Below, piece by piece: positions 1 through 9,448 of a stretch of 64,000 nt of DNA. The notes under the pieces were generated by a model. It searched no databases, was not told where the DNA came from, and was given only the letters and a program-made list of their open reading frames with translations. Each line of letters begins with the position of its first letter. The first letter of the stretch is position 1. Source of the stretch: Verrucomicrobiota bacterium (GTDB lineage Bacteria > Verrucomicrobiota > Kiritimatiellia > Kiritimatiellales > Tichowtungiaceae); assembly GCA_016342445.1 (NCBI GenBank), contig JAEIOF010000001.1, positions 6,777 through 70,776 on the forward strand, in the 5' to 3' direction. Both the position numbers and the translations under genes were made by a program.

Positions 1-239
1 AGCTTCATGGTGAGCAGCTTTTCGAGATCGGCCGCCGCAGTCGGCCCGGCGAGCTCGAACTCGCCCATGTGGCAGATGTCGAACAGGCCTGTTTTTGTAC
101 GGGCGTGTTCGTGTTCGGCCAAAATGCTTTCGTATTGGATCGGCATGTCCCATCCGCCAAATTCGGCCATGCGCGCGCCCAGGGCTACGTGCTCTTCATG
201 TAACGGTGTTGTTTTCAAAACTGCGCCAGCTCCTTCCAT
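1..239 (-). CDS. gcvT: glycine cleavage system aminomethyltransferase (T protein), N-terminal part; the gene runs off the left edge
   Basis: Missing from the ORF track because it is truncated by the window edge. The reverse complement of 1-239 reads MEGAGAVLKTTPLHEEHVALGARMAEFGGWDMPIQYESILAEHEHARTKTGLFDICHMGEFELAGPTAAADLEKLLTMK with no stop. This is the canonical GcvT N-terminus (TPL..EH...GA.M..F.GW.MP..Y....EH...R...G.FD..HM). The start is ATG at 239, or TTG at 218 preceded by GGAAGGAG. It overlaps the HAD gene stop. Confidence 0.8.
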   Translation of the reverse strand, partial: MEGAGAVLKTTPLHEEHVALGARMAEFGGWDMPIQYESILAEHEHARTKTGLFDICHMGEFELAGPTAAADLEKLLTMK

Positions 240-847
240 GTATATTTTTCAACGCCATCCACACTTCGTCCGCCGCCGGTATCGACCATGATCACCGGAC
301 AGCCCGCCCGCTGCGCGGCAGTCACTCCGCCGGGGCTATCCTCAAAAACCAGCACCTCGTCGGCCGAAAGACCGAGCCGCTCAAGAGTCAAAAGGTACAT
401 CTCCGGATCCGGCTTGCGGTGGCTGACATCATCGGCAGTGCACACCACGGCGAACAGGTCGATCATCCGGCCCTCCACCAGCGCATCTCTCACAAAATGC
501 TTTGGCGAATTGCTGGCCAGAGCCAGCCGCGTTCTACCTCGCCATTTTTGAATGAAGTTGATCGCGTGCGGAAAGACCTCGGTTTTGAAATGTTTCCGTA
601 CATGAACCCGCTTGTGCTCCAACACCTTCAACGGGTCAAGGTTCAGCCCGTGCCGCGCCGCGAGAATCGGCGTAAACGTGCTGGTTTGCGCCTCGAAGAA
701 CTCGCGCCGCTCGGCGGCGGTCAGCTGGTAGCCGCTCAACGCCTCCACCGCGAGGGCAAAGCCGTCGGCGTGATATTTCTCTGAATTGATTAGGGTTCCG
801 TCCAAATCGAAAACAAAGGCCTTAAACTGATTTAAATCAAGTTGCAT
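215..847 (-). CDS. HAD-IA family hydrolase (beta-phosphoglucomutase / phosphatase-like)
   Basis: 210-aa ORF with HAD motif I FVFDLDGTL, motif II LALASNS and motif III/IV K...VFEDSPGGV. Confidence 0.85.
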   Translation of the reverse strand: MQLDLNQFKAFVFDLDGTLINSEKYHADGFALAVEALSGYQLTAAERREFFEAQTSTFTPILAARHGLNLDPLKVLEHKRVHVRKHFKTEVFPHAINFIQKWRGRTRLALASNSPKHFVRDALVEGRMIDLFAVVCTADDVSHRKPDPEMYLLTLERLGLSADEVLVFEDSPGGVTAAQRAGCPVIMVDTGGGRSVDGVEKYTWKELAQF

Positions 848-1000
848 ATAGCCGACAAATTTCAGGTATAAATCATCCGCTGGAAAGAATCTTTTGAGAG
901 ATTCTTTCTCCAGCCGCCTCTCCGTCCGAAATTGCGTTGATTCAAGTGCCGAGAATCCGTACCCTCCTCCCTTTTAAACGCATTACCTTATGGTAAATTT

Positions 1001-3895
1001 ATGAGCAGTTTTGAATTAGTTCGCGAACAGGACATCCCGGAAGTCAACGGCACGGTGAAAACCTACCGCCACAAACCGACCGGTGCCGAGTATATTTCCG
1101 TCGAAAACGGCGACACCAACAAGGTGTTCGGTATCACCTTCCGCACCCCACCGTCCGACTCGACTGGCGTGGCCCACATCCTCGAACACTCCGTCCTGTG
1201 CGGCTCGCGCAAATACCCGCTCAAAGACCCCTTCGTCCAGCTTCTGAAAGGATCCCTGCAGACCTTTCTCAACGCAATGACCTACCCCGACAAAACGGTC
1301 TACCCCGTCGCCAGCGAGAACGAGCAGGACTTCTACAACCTTGTCGACGTCTACCTCGACGCCGTTTTCTTCCCGCGCATCACCCCCGCCTTCTTCCGTC
1401 AGGAAGGCTGGCACTACGAGCTCGAAAACATCGACGCCCCGCTCACCTGCAAAGGCGTCGTCTATAACGAAATGAAAGGCGTCTACTCATCCCCCGACAG
1501 CCTCCTGCTCGAACGCTCCCAGCAGGCGCTCTTCCCCGACATCACCTACGGCCTCGACTCCGGCGGCAACCCCGCCGAAATCCCGAACCTCACCTACGAC
1601 GCCTTCCGAACCTTCCACGAAACCTATTATCACCCATCCAACGCCCGCATCTTCTTCTACGGCGACGACGACCCCGCCCACCGCCTCAAAATCCTCGAGG
1701 GATATCTCGACGGCTTCCAATGTTTGGAAAATCCTCCGGATTCCTCCATCCCGCTTCAGACCCCTTTCGAAAAACCGATCGAAATCGAAGAGCCCTACGC
1801 CGTCAGCGAAGAAGACGGGAACGCCTTCATCACCGTCAACTGGGCTCTCCCCGACGGCATCCTCCACTTCGCCCTCATCATCCTAGACCAGATCCTCACC
1901 GGCACCTCCGGGTCGCCATTGCGCAAAGCCCTCATCGAATCCGACCTCGGCGAAGACCTCGCCGGCTTCGGCCTCGAAACCAACCTGCGCCAGCCCGCCT
2001 GGTCCATCGGCATGAAAGGCGTCGACGTTCCAAACCTTGGAAAAGTGGAAGGGATTATTTTCCAAACCTTGGAAAAACTGGTCAAAGACGGCATCGACCG
2101 AAACGACATCGAAGCCGCCCTCAACAGCTTCGAATTCGACCTGCGCGAAAACAACAGCGGATCCTGTCCGCAGGGCCTTTCCATCATGCTCAACATGATG
2201 GAAACATGGCTCTATGGGTGGAATCCTCTCGGCCTCGTCGCCTACGAACACCCGCTCGCCGAGCTCAAAAGCAAAATTTCCGAAAACCCCCGCTACTTCG
2301 AAGAGCTCATCCAAACCGCCCTGCTCGACAACACGCACCGCGCCACCATCAAGCTCGTCCCCGACGCCGACAAAGCCGCGCGCGACGAAGCGGAAGAACA
2401 AGCCCGCCTGCAGGCCGTCCGCGACCGGATGATCCCGGATGAGCTTCAGCAAACCGTCAACACCGCCGCGCGTCTGCTCGACATGCAGCAGACGCCCGAC
2501 TCGCCCGAAGCCGTCAAAACCCTGCCCCTGCTCAAACGCAGCGACCTCGACCCCAAAAGCCGAATCATCCCGCGCGAAACCGAAACCTTCGACAACGCCA
2601 CCGTCCTGTTCCACGACCTCTTCACCAGCGGCATCGTCTACCTCGACATTGGCTTCGACCTCCACACGCTCGACGCCGACGACCTCCCGTGGGTCTCCCT
2701 GCTCGGAAGCATGCTGCTCGAAATGGGCACGCAAAAAGAGGACTTCGCCTCGCTCGCCCTGCGCATCGCCCGTAAAACCGGCGGCCTCTACGCCACCCCC
2801 TTCCACGCGGCGCTCGAAAACAGCCCCGAAAGTGTCTGCCGCCTCTTCCTGCGCGGCAAATGCATGAACCACCAGCTGACCGACCTCTTCGACATCCTCG
2901 ACGACATCCTCTTCGCCCCCGCCTTCAACAACCGCAAACGCTTCCGGGAAGTCCTGCTCGAACAAAAAGCCGAAATGGAAAGCGGACTCATCCCCAGCGG
3001 ACACTCCGCCGTCCTCACGCGCATCAAAGCGCACGGACACGAAGCCGCCCGCGCCGCTGAAGCCATCAGCGGCATCGACGCGCTCTTCTTCCACCGCGAC
3101 ATGCAGAAGAAAATGAAAGAGGACTGGCCCGGCACCGTGGCGCGGATCGAAACCATCCTGCAAAAACTGCTCCGCGGCGGACTGATCGTCAACATCACCG
3201 CCGAAGGGAAAGACCGCGCGCCGATTTTCCAAACCCTGGAAAAATTCCTCGCAAAAGTTCCAAGCATTGGAAAATCCGGAGAAAAAAGTTCCAAAGGTTG
3301 GAAGTTTTCGGAAACACCGTCGAAATCTGAAGCGCTACTGATTCCCTCGCGCGTCAACTATGTCGGCCGCGGCATCAACCTGTTCGACAACGGCTATAAA
3401 ATGGACGGCTCGGCGCTGGTCATCACCAAATACCTGCGCACCGCGTGGCTCTGGGAAAAAATCCGAGTACAGGGCGGTGCCTATGGCGCGGTCTGCTCCT
3501 TCGATGCGCACTGCGGGTCGTTCGCCTTCGCCTCCTACCGCGACCCCAACCTCGCCGTCACCCTCGACGTCTACGGACAGACCGCCGACTTCCTGAAAAA
3601 TCTCACGCTCGACGAAGACGAACTCTCCCGCGCGCTCATCGGAACCATCGGTTCTATCGACGCCTACCTGCTTCCCGATGCCAAAGGCTACACCGATATG
3701 GTTCGCTACCTGGCCGGCATGACGGATGAAAAACGGCAGATGCGCCGCGATGAAGTGCTCTCGACCACCGCCGAAGATTTCAAGGAGTTCGCCGAATTCC
3801 TCAACATGGGCAACGCCGTCACCTCCGTCCTCGCCTCGCCCGAAGCGATCAAAGAAAGCGGACTGGAATTCCAAAGCACCTTGCGGGTTTTATAA
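1001..3895 (+). CDS. M16C family zinc metallopeptidase (PreP / presequence-protease-like)
   Basis: 964-aa ORF. It has the inverted zincin motif HILEH inside HILEHSVLCGSRKYPLKDPF and a length typical of M16C PreP-type enzymes. It carries six in-frame copies of the TTCCAA-N3-TTGGAA palindrome. Confidence 0.9.
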   Translation: MSSFELVREQDIPEVNGTVKTYRHKPTGAEYISVENGDTNKVFGITFRTPPSDSTGVAHILEHSVLCGSRKYPLKDPFVQLLKGSLQTFLNAMTYPDKTVYPVASENEQDFYNLVDVYLDAVFFPRITPAFFRQEGWHYELENIDAPLTCKGVVYNEMKGVYSSPDSLLLERSQQALFPDITYGLDSGGNPAEIPNLTYDAFRTFHETYYHPSNARIFFYGDDDPAHRLKILEGYLDGFQCLENPPDSSIPLQTPFEKPIEIEEPYAVSEEDGNAFITVNWALPDGILHFALIILDQILTGTSGSPLRKALIESDLGEDLAGFGLETNLRQPAWSIGMKGVDVPNLGKVEGIIFQTLEKLVKDGIDRNDIEAALNSFEFDLRENNSGSCPQGLSIMLNMMETWLYGWNPLGLVAYEHPLAELKSKISENPRYFEELIQTALLDNTHRATIKLVPDADKAARDEAEEQARLQAVRDRMIPDELQQTVNTAARLLDMQQTPDSPEAVKTLPLLKRSDLDPKSRIIPRETETFDNATVLFHDLFTSGIVYLDIGFDLHTLDADDLPWVSLLGSMLLEMGTQKEDFASLALRIARKTGGLYATPFHAALENSPESVCRLFLRGKCMNHQLTDLFDILDDILFAPAFNNRKRFREVLLEQKAEMESGLIPSGHSAVLTRIKAHGHEAARAAEAISGIDALFFHRDMQKKMKEDWPGTVARIETILQKLLRGGLIVNITAEGKDRAPIFQTLEKFLAKVPSIGKSGEKSSKGWKFSETPSKSEALLIPSRVNYVGRGINLFDNGYKMDGSALVITKYLRTAWLWEKIRVQGGAYGAVCSFDAHCGSFAFASYRDPNLAVTLDVYGQTADFLKNLTLDEDELSRALIGTIGSIDAYLLPDAKGYTDMVRYLAGMTDEKRQMRRDEVLSTTAEDFKEFAEFLNMGNAVTSVLASPEAIKESGLEFQSTLRVL
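1715..1729. repeat. TTCCAA-N3-TTGGAA iterated palindrome, 1 copy (in the M16 peptidase, read as FQCLE)
   Basis: TTCCAATGTTTGGAA read directly. Confidence 0.95.
2028..2074. repeat. iterated palindrome, 2 copies 32 bp apart (M16 peptidase: VPNLGK..FQTLEK)
   Basis: TTCCAAACCTTGGAA at 2028-2042 and at 2060-2074. Confidence 0.95.
3227..3303. repeat. iterated palindrome, phased array of 3 copies with a 31-bp period (M16 peptidase: FQTLEK..VPSIGK..SKGWK)
   Basis: TTCCAAACCCTGGAA at 3227, TTCCAAGCATTGGAA at 3258 and TTCCAAAGGTTGGAA at 3289. Confidence 0.95.
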
Positions 3896-3911
3896 GAAAG
3901 CGAAACAACGC

Positions 3912-4277
3912 ATGGCTTATCAAATCAAACCGCAGTCGAATTTTGTAGAAGTCCATGCCTCTGGACGCCTGTCTCACTGGGATGTGCTGGGAATCATTCA
4001 TCAGCTCCATAAAAACGATCCGCGCAAAGAAACGCCCGACCTCTGGATTCTCGATCCGGATCTCGACTTTGCGTTTCACTCTTTCCCGCCCGTTGTTCAT
4101 GGCATTCTAAAACTGATCGGCCAACGGTTGAAAAAGGGATGCCGAAGCGCCATTCTAACGGCAGACGAATTCCAGCGGAGCAAGATAGATTTATACTGCG
4201 CCGAAGCCGCTGTGCTCCCGTACGAAACCCTCGCCTTCACCTCCCGCGATGAAGCCCTCGCCTGGCTCCTAAACTGA
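3912..4277 (+). CDS. hypothetical protein, possibly STAS/SpoIIAA-like fold
   Basis: The internal ATG at 3912 in ORF 3726..4277 avoids overlap with the peptidase gene. The 121-aa product is MAYQIKPQSNFVEVHASG... and ends ..FTSRDEALAWLLN, a pattern I associate with small STAS-like proteins. The function call is weak. Confidence 0.45.
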   Translation: MAYQIKPQSNFVEVHASGRLSHWDVLGIIHQLHKNDPRKETPDLWILDPDLDFAFHSFPPVVHGILKLIGQRLKKGCRSAILTADEFQRSKIDLYCAEAAVLPYETLAFTSRDEALAWLLN

Positions 4278-4286
4278 CGCCGGACA

Positions 4287-5017
4287 TTAAAGCCCAACGG
4301 CTTTGCGGAGCTTGTCAACTTCCCACGGATCGAGGTTGCGGTGTTCGCCGGAACGGAGTTTTTCGAGGCGGAGCGGACCGACCGATACACGAACGAGCCG
4401 AACCACTTTACAGTCGAGCACCTCCATCATCCGGCGAATGTGGCGGTTTTTTCCCTCGCCGAGCGTCAGGGTGTAACCGGGCTGATTGACAAGAATGCGG
4501 CGAAGCGGCTCCACCTTAAGTGCTTTCAGCTTTTCGCCGCGCGAGTTGAGCCCGTTGAGCATGCGGTCGATCTCGGACGGAGTCAGTTCGCGGTCGATCC
4601 AGACCTGATATTTTTTTCAACGTGATGGCGGGGATGCATCAATCGGTGAGCGAGCTCGCCGTCGTTGGTGACAAGCAACAACCCTTCACTCATTACGTCA
4701 AGACGGCCGACGGTGTAGAGGCGGCTGGCGCAGGCGGGAAGCAAATCGAGGACGGTTTCACGTCCTTCGGGATCTTCGGAGGTACAGATGACGCCGGTCG
4801 GCTTGTTGAGCATGATCCAGACCTTTTCGTCCAGCACAACCGGCGTCCCCTCGCAGGTGACGCGGCTTTTGCCGGGCTCCACCTTGGTGCCGAGTTCCGT
4901 GATGACCACGCCATCCACGGTCACCAGTCCGTCCGTAATGAGCTTTTCCGAAGCGCGGCGAGAAGCCACCCCGCACTCAGCCAGATATTTTTGTAATCGG
5001 ATCATAACAATGCTCAA
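4287..5017 (-). pseudogene. rluB: RluB/RsuA-family 23S rRNA pseudouridine synthase interrupted by a frameshift in an A7 run
   Basis: ORF 4583..5017 has the S4 domain and the catalytic motif VGRLDVMSEGLLLVTNDG. ORF 4287..4562 is the C-terminal half of the same family. The two frames join if the A7 run (T7 on the plus strand, 4611-4617) were A8: ..HPRHHVEKKYQVWIDRELTPSEIDRMLNGL.. Confidence 0.8.
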
Positions 5018-5045
5018 TATTCACTTCGCAACACTCAACGCTCAC

Positions 5046-5071
5046 AAAAAAAGCCCCGGCAGAACCGAGGC
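5046..5071 (-). terminator. rho-independent terminator downstream of the small basic protein gene
   Basis: The minus strand reads GCCTCGG-TTCTG-CCGGGGC followed by TTTTTTT. That is a 7-bp stem with one G-U pair, a 5-nt loop and a T7 tail. Confidence 0.65.
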
Positions 5072-5093
5072 TTCGACATAAACCGGAAAGGAT

Positions 5094-5246
5094 TTACTCG
5101 GGTTTAGTTTTCGGGAGACCGAAACCACGATCGCCTTCTTTCCATTTTCCTTCGGACAGAAGCTTATCGACGCGCTCAAAACGCTTCAGAACATTGCGCT
5201 TTACTTCAATTTTGGCGGCGTTTTTCAAACTGGAATGCATTGTCAT
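5094..5246 (-). CDS. small basic protein (50 aa), below the ORF-track length cutoff
   Basis: Reverse-complement translation is MTMHSSLKNAAKIEVKRNVLKRFERVDKLLSEGKWKEGDRGFGLPKTKPE. AGGAGAAGAACC precedes the ATG. An upstream sigma70-like promoter is present (TTGACA 5317-5312, 16 nt, TATTCT 5295-5290) and the terminator lies at 5046-5071. It resembles a small basic protein family I recall from PVC-group bacteria; this is unverified. Confidence 0.6.
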   Translation of the reverse strand: MTMHSSLKNAAKIEVKRNVLKRFERVDKLLSEGKWKEGDRGFGLPKTKPE

Positions 5247-5354
5247 GGTTCTTCTCCTAAAAAATAGTTTTCTTTCGAATGAGCGGCAAAGAATACCTTT
5301 TCTGCCCGGGTTGTCAAATATGCAAACAACCTAATTCGCAATACGTATTATGCA

Positions 5355-7394
5355 CTAACGATTCTTCTTCATCTTGCGCCCTGTATACAAAATCTTTTTC
5401 TTTTCAGGCTCGAATTCCGGAATTGAAATGGTGGATTTGAGTTCGTAGAGCTCGTCGCGAAGGATGGCGGCGCGCTCAAACTCCAGTTTTTCGGCCGCTT
5501 CGAGCATTTCCTGCTCAACTTCGCGAATCGCCCGGTTCAGATCATAGGTTTCGCCGGTTTCGCGGACCACAAGCTCTTCCAGCTCTTCGGCCCCCTTCTT
5601 CATCGCCTGCAAACTGTCCTGAATTTTCGACCGGATTGCCTGCGGGGTGACGCCATGCGCCTCGTTATAGGCGATCTGATTTTCACGGCGATGGCGGGTC
5701 ACGTCCATCATCCGCCGCATCGAGTCGGTTATACGATCTGCATAGAGAATCACCCGTCCGCCCAGATGGCGGGCGGCGCGGCCTGCGGTTTGTACCAGCG
5801 AAGTTTCCGAGCGCAAAAAGCCCTCTTTGTCCGCATCGAGAATGGCAACCAATGACACCTCCGGCAAATCAAGCCCTTCGCGAAGCAGGTTAATGCCGAT
5901 TAAACAATCGAACTCCCCCAGCCGCAGGTCGCGCAGAATATCGACCCGCTCCAGAGCCCCGATATCGGAATGGAGATACTGCACACGCAATCCAACCTTC
6001 TTCAGGTAATCAGTCAAATCCTCGGCGGTGCGCTTGGTGAGCGTGGTCACCAGCGTCCGCTCACCCTGCTCGGCACAGGCACGAATCTCCTCCATCACGT
6101 CGTCAATCTGCCCGGTGAGCGGACGGACATCAACCGGCGGGTCGATGATGCCGGTCGGGCGAATAATCTGCTCAATCGGCGCGCCGCCCTCCTGCCGTTC
6201 GAAGGCGCCGGGCGTGGCGGTGGTAAAGATCATCGGGCCGGTGATGTTGAGGAACTCGTCAAACGCCAGCGGACGATTATCGAGTGCCGACGGCAGACGA
6301 AAGCCGTGCTCGATCAGGGTTCCTTTGCGGGCCTGATCGCCGTTAAACATGCCGCGCACTTGCGGAAGCGTCACATGCGACTCATCGACGATGGTGAGAA
6401 AATTTTCGGGGAAGTAGTCGATCAGGCAGGCGGGCCGCTCGCCCGCTTCGCGGGCGCCGAGATGGCGGGAGTAGTTTTCAATGCCACCGCAATAGCCGAT
6501 CTCGCGCATCATTTCGATGTCGTACATCGTCCGCATCCGGATGCGCTGGGCTTCGATCAGCTTGTCGTGATCTTCAAACCACTGAATCCGCTCTTTCAGC
6601 TCGGCCTCGATGCGGGCGATGGCCGGTTCAAGTTTTTCAGCCGGCATCACAAAATGCTTGGCGGGCGAAATCATGATCCGGTCGAGCACGTCCTCGACAT
6701 CCGCCGTCAGCGCGTCAATTCGTTTGATCGACTCCACCTCGTCGCCGAAAAAAGCAATGCGGATGCCGTGGGTCGCATAGGATGGAAACACATCGACGGT
6801 GTCGCCGCGCACGCGGAACGTTCCGGGCGTCGTGTCGTAATCGTTACGCTCATATTGAATCGCCACCAGCTTTTCGAGCATCGCGTCGCGCCCGCACTCC
6901 TCGCCGACATGAGCGGAAAAAACCATCTCGCGGTAATCCTCCGGCGAGCCGAGGCCGTAGATGCAGGAGACCGATGCGACGATGATCACATCGTCGCGGC
7001 TGAGCAGGCTGTCGGTTGCCGCCAGCCGCAGACGCTCAATCTCGGCGTTAATGGAGGCGTCCTTCTCAATAAACGTGTCGGTCTGCGGGATATAGGCTTC
7101 AGGCTGATAATAGTCGTAATAGCTGATAAAAAACTCGACCGCGTTGTGGGGGAAAAAGGATTTCAGCTCCGAGTAGAGCTGGGCGGCGAGCGTTTTATTG
7201 TGGGAGATCACCAGCGCGGGCTTTCCCTGCTTCGCAATCACATTGGCGATGGTGAACGTCTTGCCTGAGCCGGTCACCCCTTCCAATGTTTGGAAACGCT
7301 GCCCCGCCTCCAGCCCGGCGCACAGCGCCTCAATCGCCGCCGGCTGGTCACCGGTCGGCTGATAATCTGAAACAAGCTGGAAGGTTGAACTCAT
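5355..7394 (-). CDS. uvrB: excinuclease ABC subunit B
   Basis: 679-aa ORF with Walker [11 protein letters not shown], helicase motifs and a C-terminal UVR domain (..[17 protein letters not shown]). Confidence 0.97.
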   Translation of the reverse strand: MSSTFQLVSDYQPTGDQPAAIEALCAGLEAGQRFQTLEGVTGSGKTFTIANVIAKQGKPALVISHNKTLAAQLYSELKSFFPHNAVEFFISYYDYYQPEAYIPQTDTFIEKDASINAEIERLRLAATDSLLSRDDVIIVASVSCIYGLGSPEDYREMVFSAHVGEECGRDAMLEKLVAIQYERNDYDTTPGTFRVRGDTVDVFPSYATHGIRIAFFGDEVESIKRIDALTADVEDVLDRIMISPAKHFVMPAEKLEPAIARIEAELKERIQWFEDHDKLIEAQRIRMRTMYDIEMMREIGYCGGIENYSRHLGAREAGERPACLIDYFPENFLTIVDESHVTLPQVRGMFNGDQARKGTLIEHGFRLPSALDNRPLAFDEFLNITGPMIFTTATPGAFERQEGGAPIEQIIRPTGIIDPPVDVRPLTGQIDDVMEEIRACAEQGERTLVTTLTKRTAEDLTDYLKKVGLRVQYLHSDIGALERVDILRDLRLGEFDCLIGINLLREGLDLPEVSLVAILDADKEGFLRSETSLVQTAGRAARHLGGRVILYADRITDSMRRMMDVTRHRRENQIAYNEAHGVTPQAIRSKIQDSLQAMKKGAEELEELVVRETGETYDLNRAIREVEQEMLEAAEKLEFERAAILRDELYELKSTISIPEFEPEKKKILYTGRKMKKNR
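7281..7295. repeat. iterated palindrome, 1 copy inside uvrB directly upstream of Walker A
   Basis: TTCCAATGTTTGGAA, read on the coding strand as F-Q-T-L-E in [14 protein letters not shown]. Confidence 0.95.
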
Positions 7395-7416
7395 CGCCCA
7401 GCAGATTACCCCGAGT

Positions 7417-7431
7417 TTCCAATGTTTGGAA
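7417..7431. repeat. iterated palindrome, 1 intergenic copy (uvrB-ettA)
   Basis: TTTCCAATGTTTGGAAAAA. Confidence 0.95.
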
Positions 7432-7435
7432 AAAT

Positions 7436-7516
7436 TTTAACCACTAATCTTCACTGATCCGCACTCATCACAAAGGCCGTTCCATTAGTGGAAATTAGCA
7501 AAGATTAGTGGTTAAA
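7436..7516. promoter_or_regulatory. 16-bp perfect inverted repeat with three ATTAGTGG boxes in the divergent uvrB-ettA promoter region
   Basis: TTTAACCACTAATCTT (7436-7451) pairs with AAGATTAGTGGTTAAA (7501-7516), leaving a 49-nt loop. ATTAGTGG occurs at 7484-7491 and 7504-7511, and inverted at 7441-7448. TTCCA-TTAG-TGGAA lies at 7480-7493. Confidence 0.5.
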
Positions 7517-7548
7517 TCCCCTCTTCAATTTTCACAAGGAGTTCTCTC

Positions 7549-9225
<1,677 letters not shown>

Positions 9226-9259
9226 TATTTTTCAACCGCGAATAGACGCGAATGTTTTG

Positions 9260-9316
9260 GGTAGGGACAGACCGCTGGGCTGCCCGCTTCGGAGCGCTCG
9301 GCGATCGCGCCCTACC
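9260..9316. repeat. GC-rich REP-like imperfect hairpin downstream of ettA
   Basis: GGTAGGG (9260-9266) pairs with CCCTACC (9310-9316). The enclosed region contains the palindromes GAGCGCTC and GCGATCGC. A TTCCAAACATTGGAA copy abuts it at 9318. Confidence 0.5.
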
Positions 9317-9317
9317 T

Positions 9318-9372
9318 TTCCAAACATTGGAACTGACTGCGCCAGGGCTTGCAAATTTTCCAATGTTTGGAA
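9318..9372. repeat. iterated palindrome, 2 intergenic copies downstream of ettA
   Basis: TTCCAAACATTGGAA at 9318 and TTCCAATGTTTGGAA at 9358. Confidence 0.95.
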
Positions 9373-9448
9373 AACGTCATAGACGTTTCGGCTCGCTCCA
9401 GCCCCTTTAAGCCTTTACAAAAGAACCAACAAAAACAGGAGCAACACA

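Noticed and set aside
1883-3232. 449-aa ORF antisense to the M16 peptidase gene. Similar long antisense ORFs occur elsewhere, for example 5970..7268, 8026..8916, 33811..34959, 38514..39773 and 60282..61313.
   Set aside because: Each lies fully inside a gene with clear family signatures on the opposite strand. Their translations are low-complexity and Gly/Ala/Val/Arg/Asp-rich, as expected for shadow frames in GC-rich DNA. None has a recognisable motif.
7395-7548. LexA/SOS box upstream of uvrB.
   Set aside because: There is no match to CTGT-N8-ACAG, GAAC-N4-GTTC or TGTTC-N4-GAACA-type boxes. The inverted repeat present has a different sequence and is reported separately as an unknown element.
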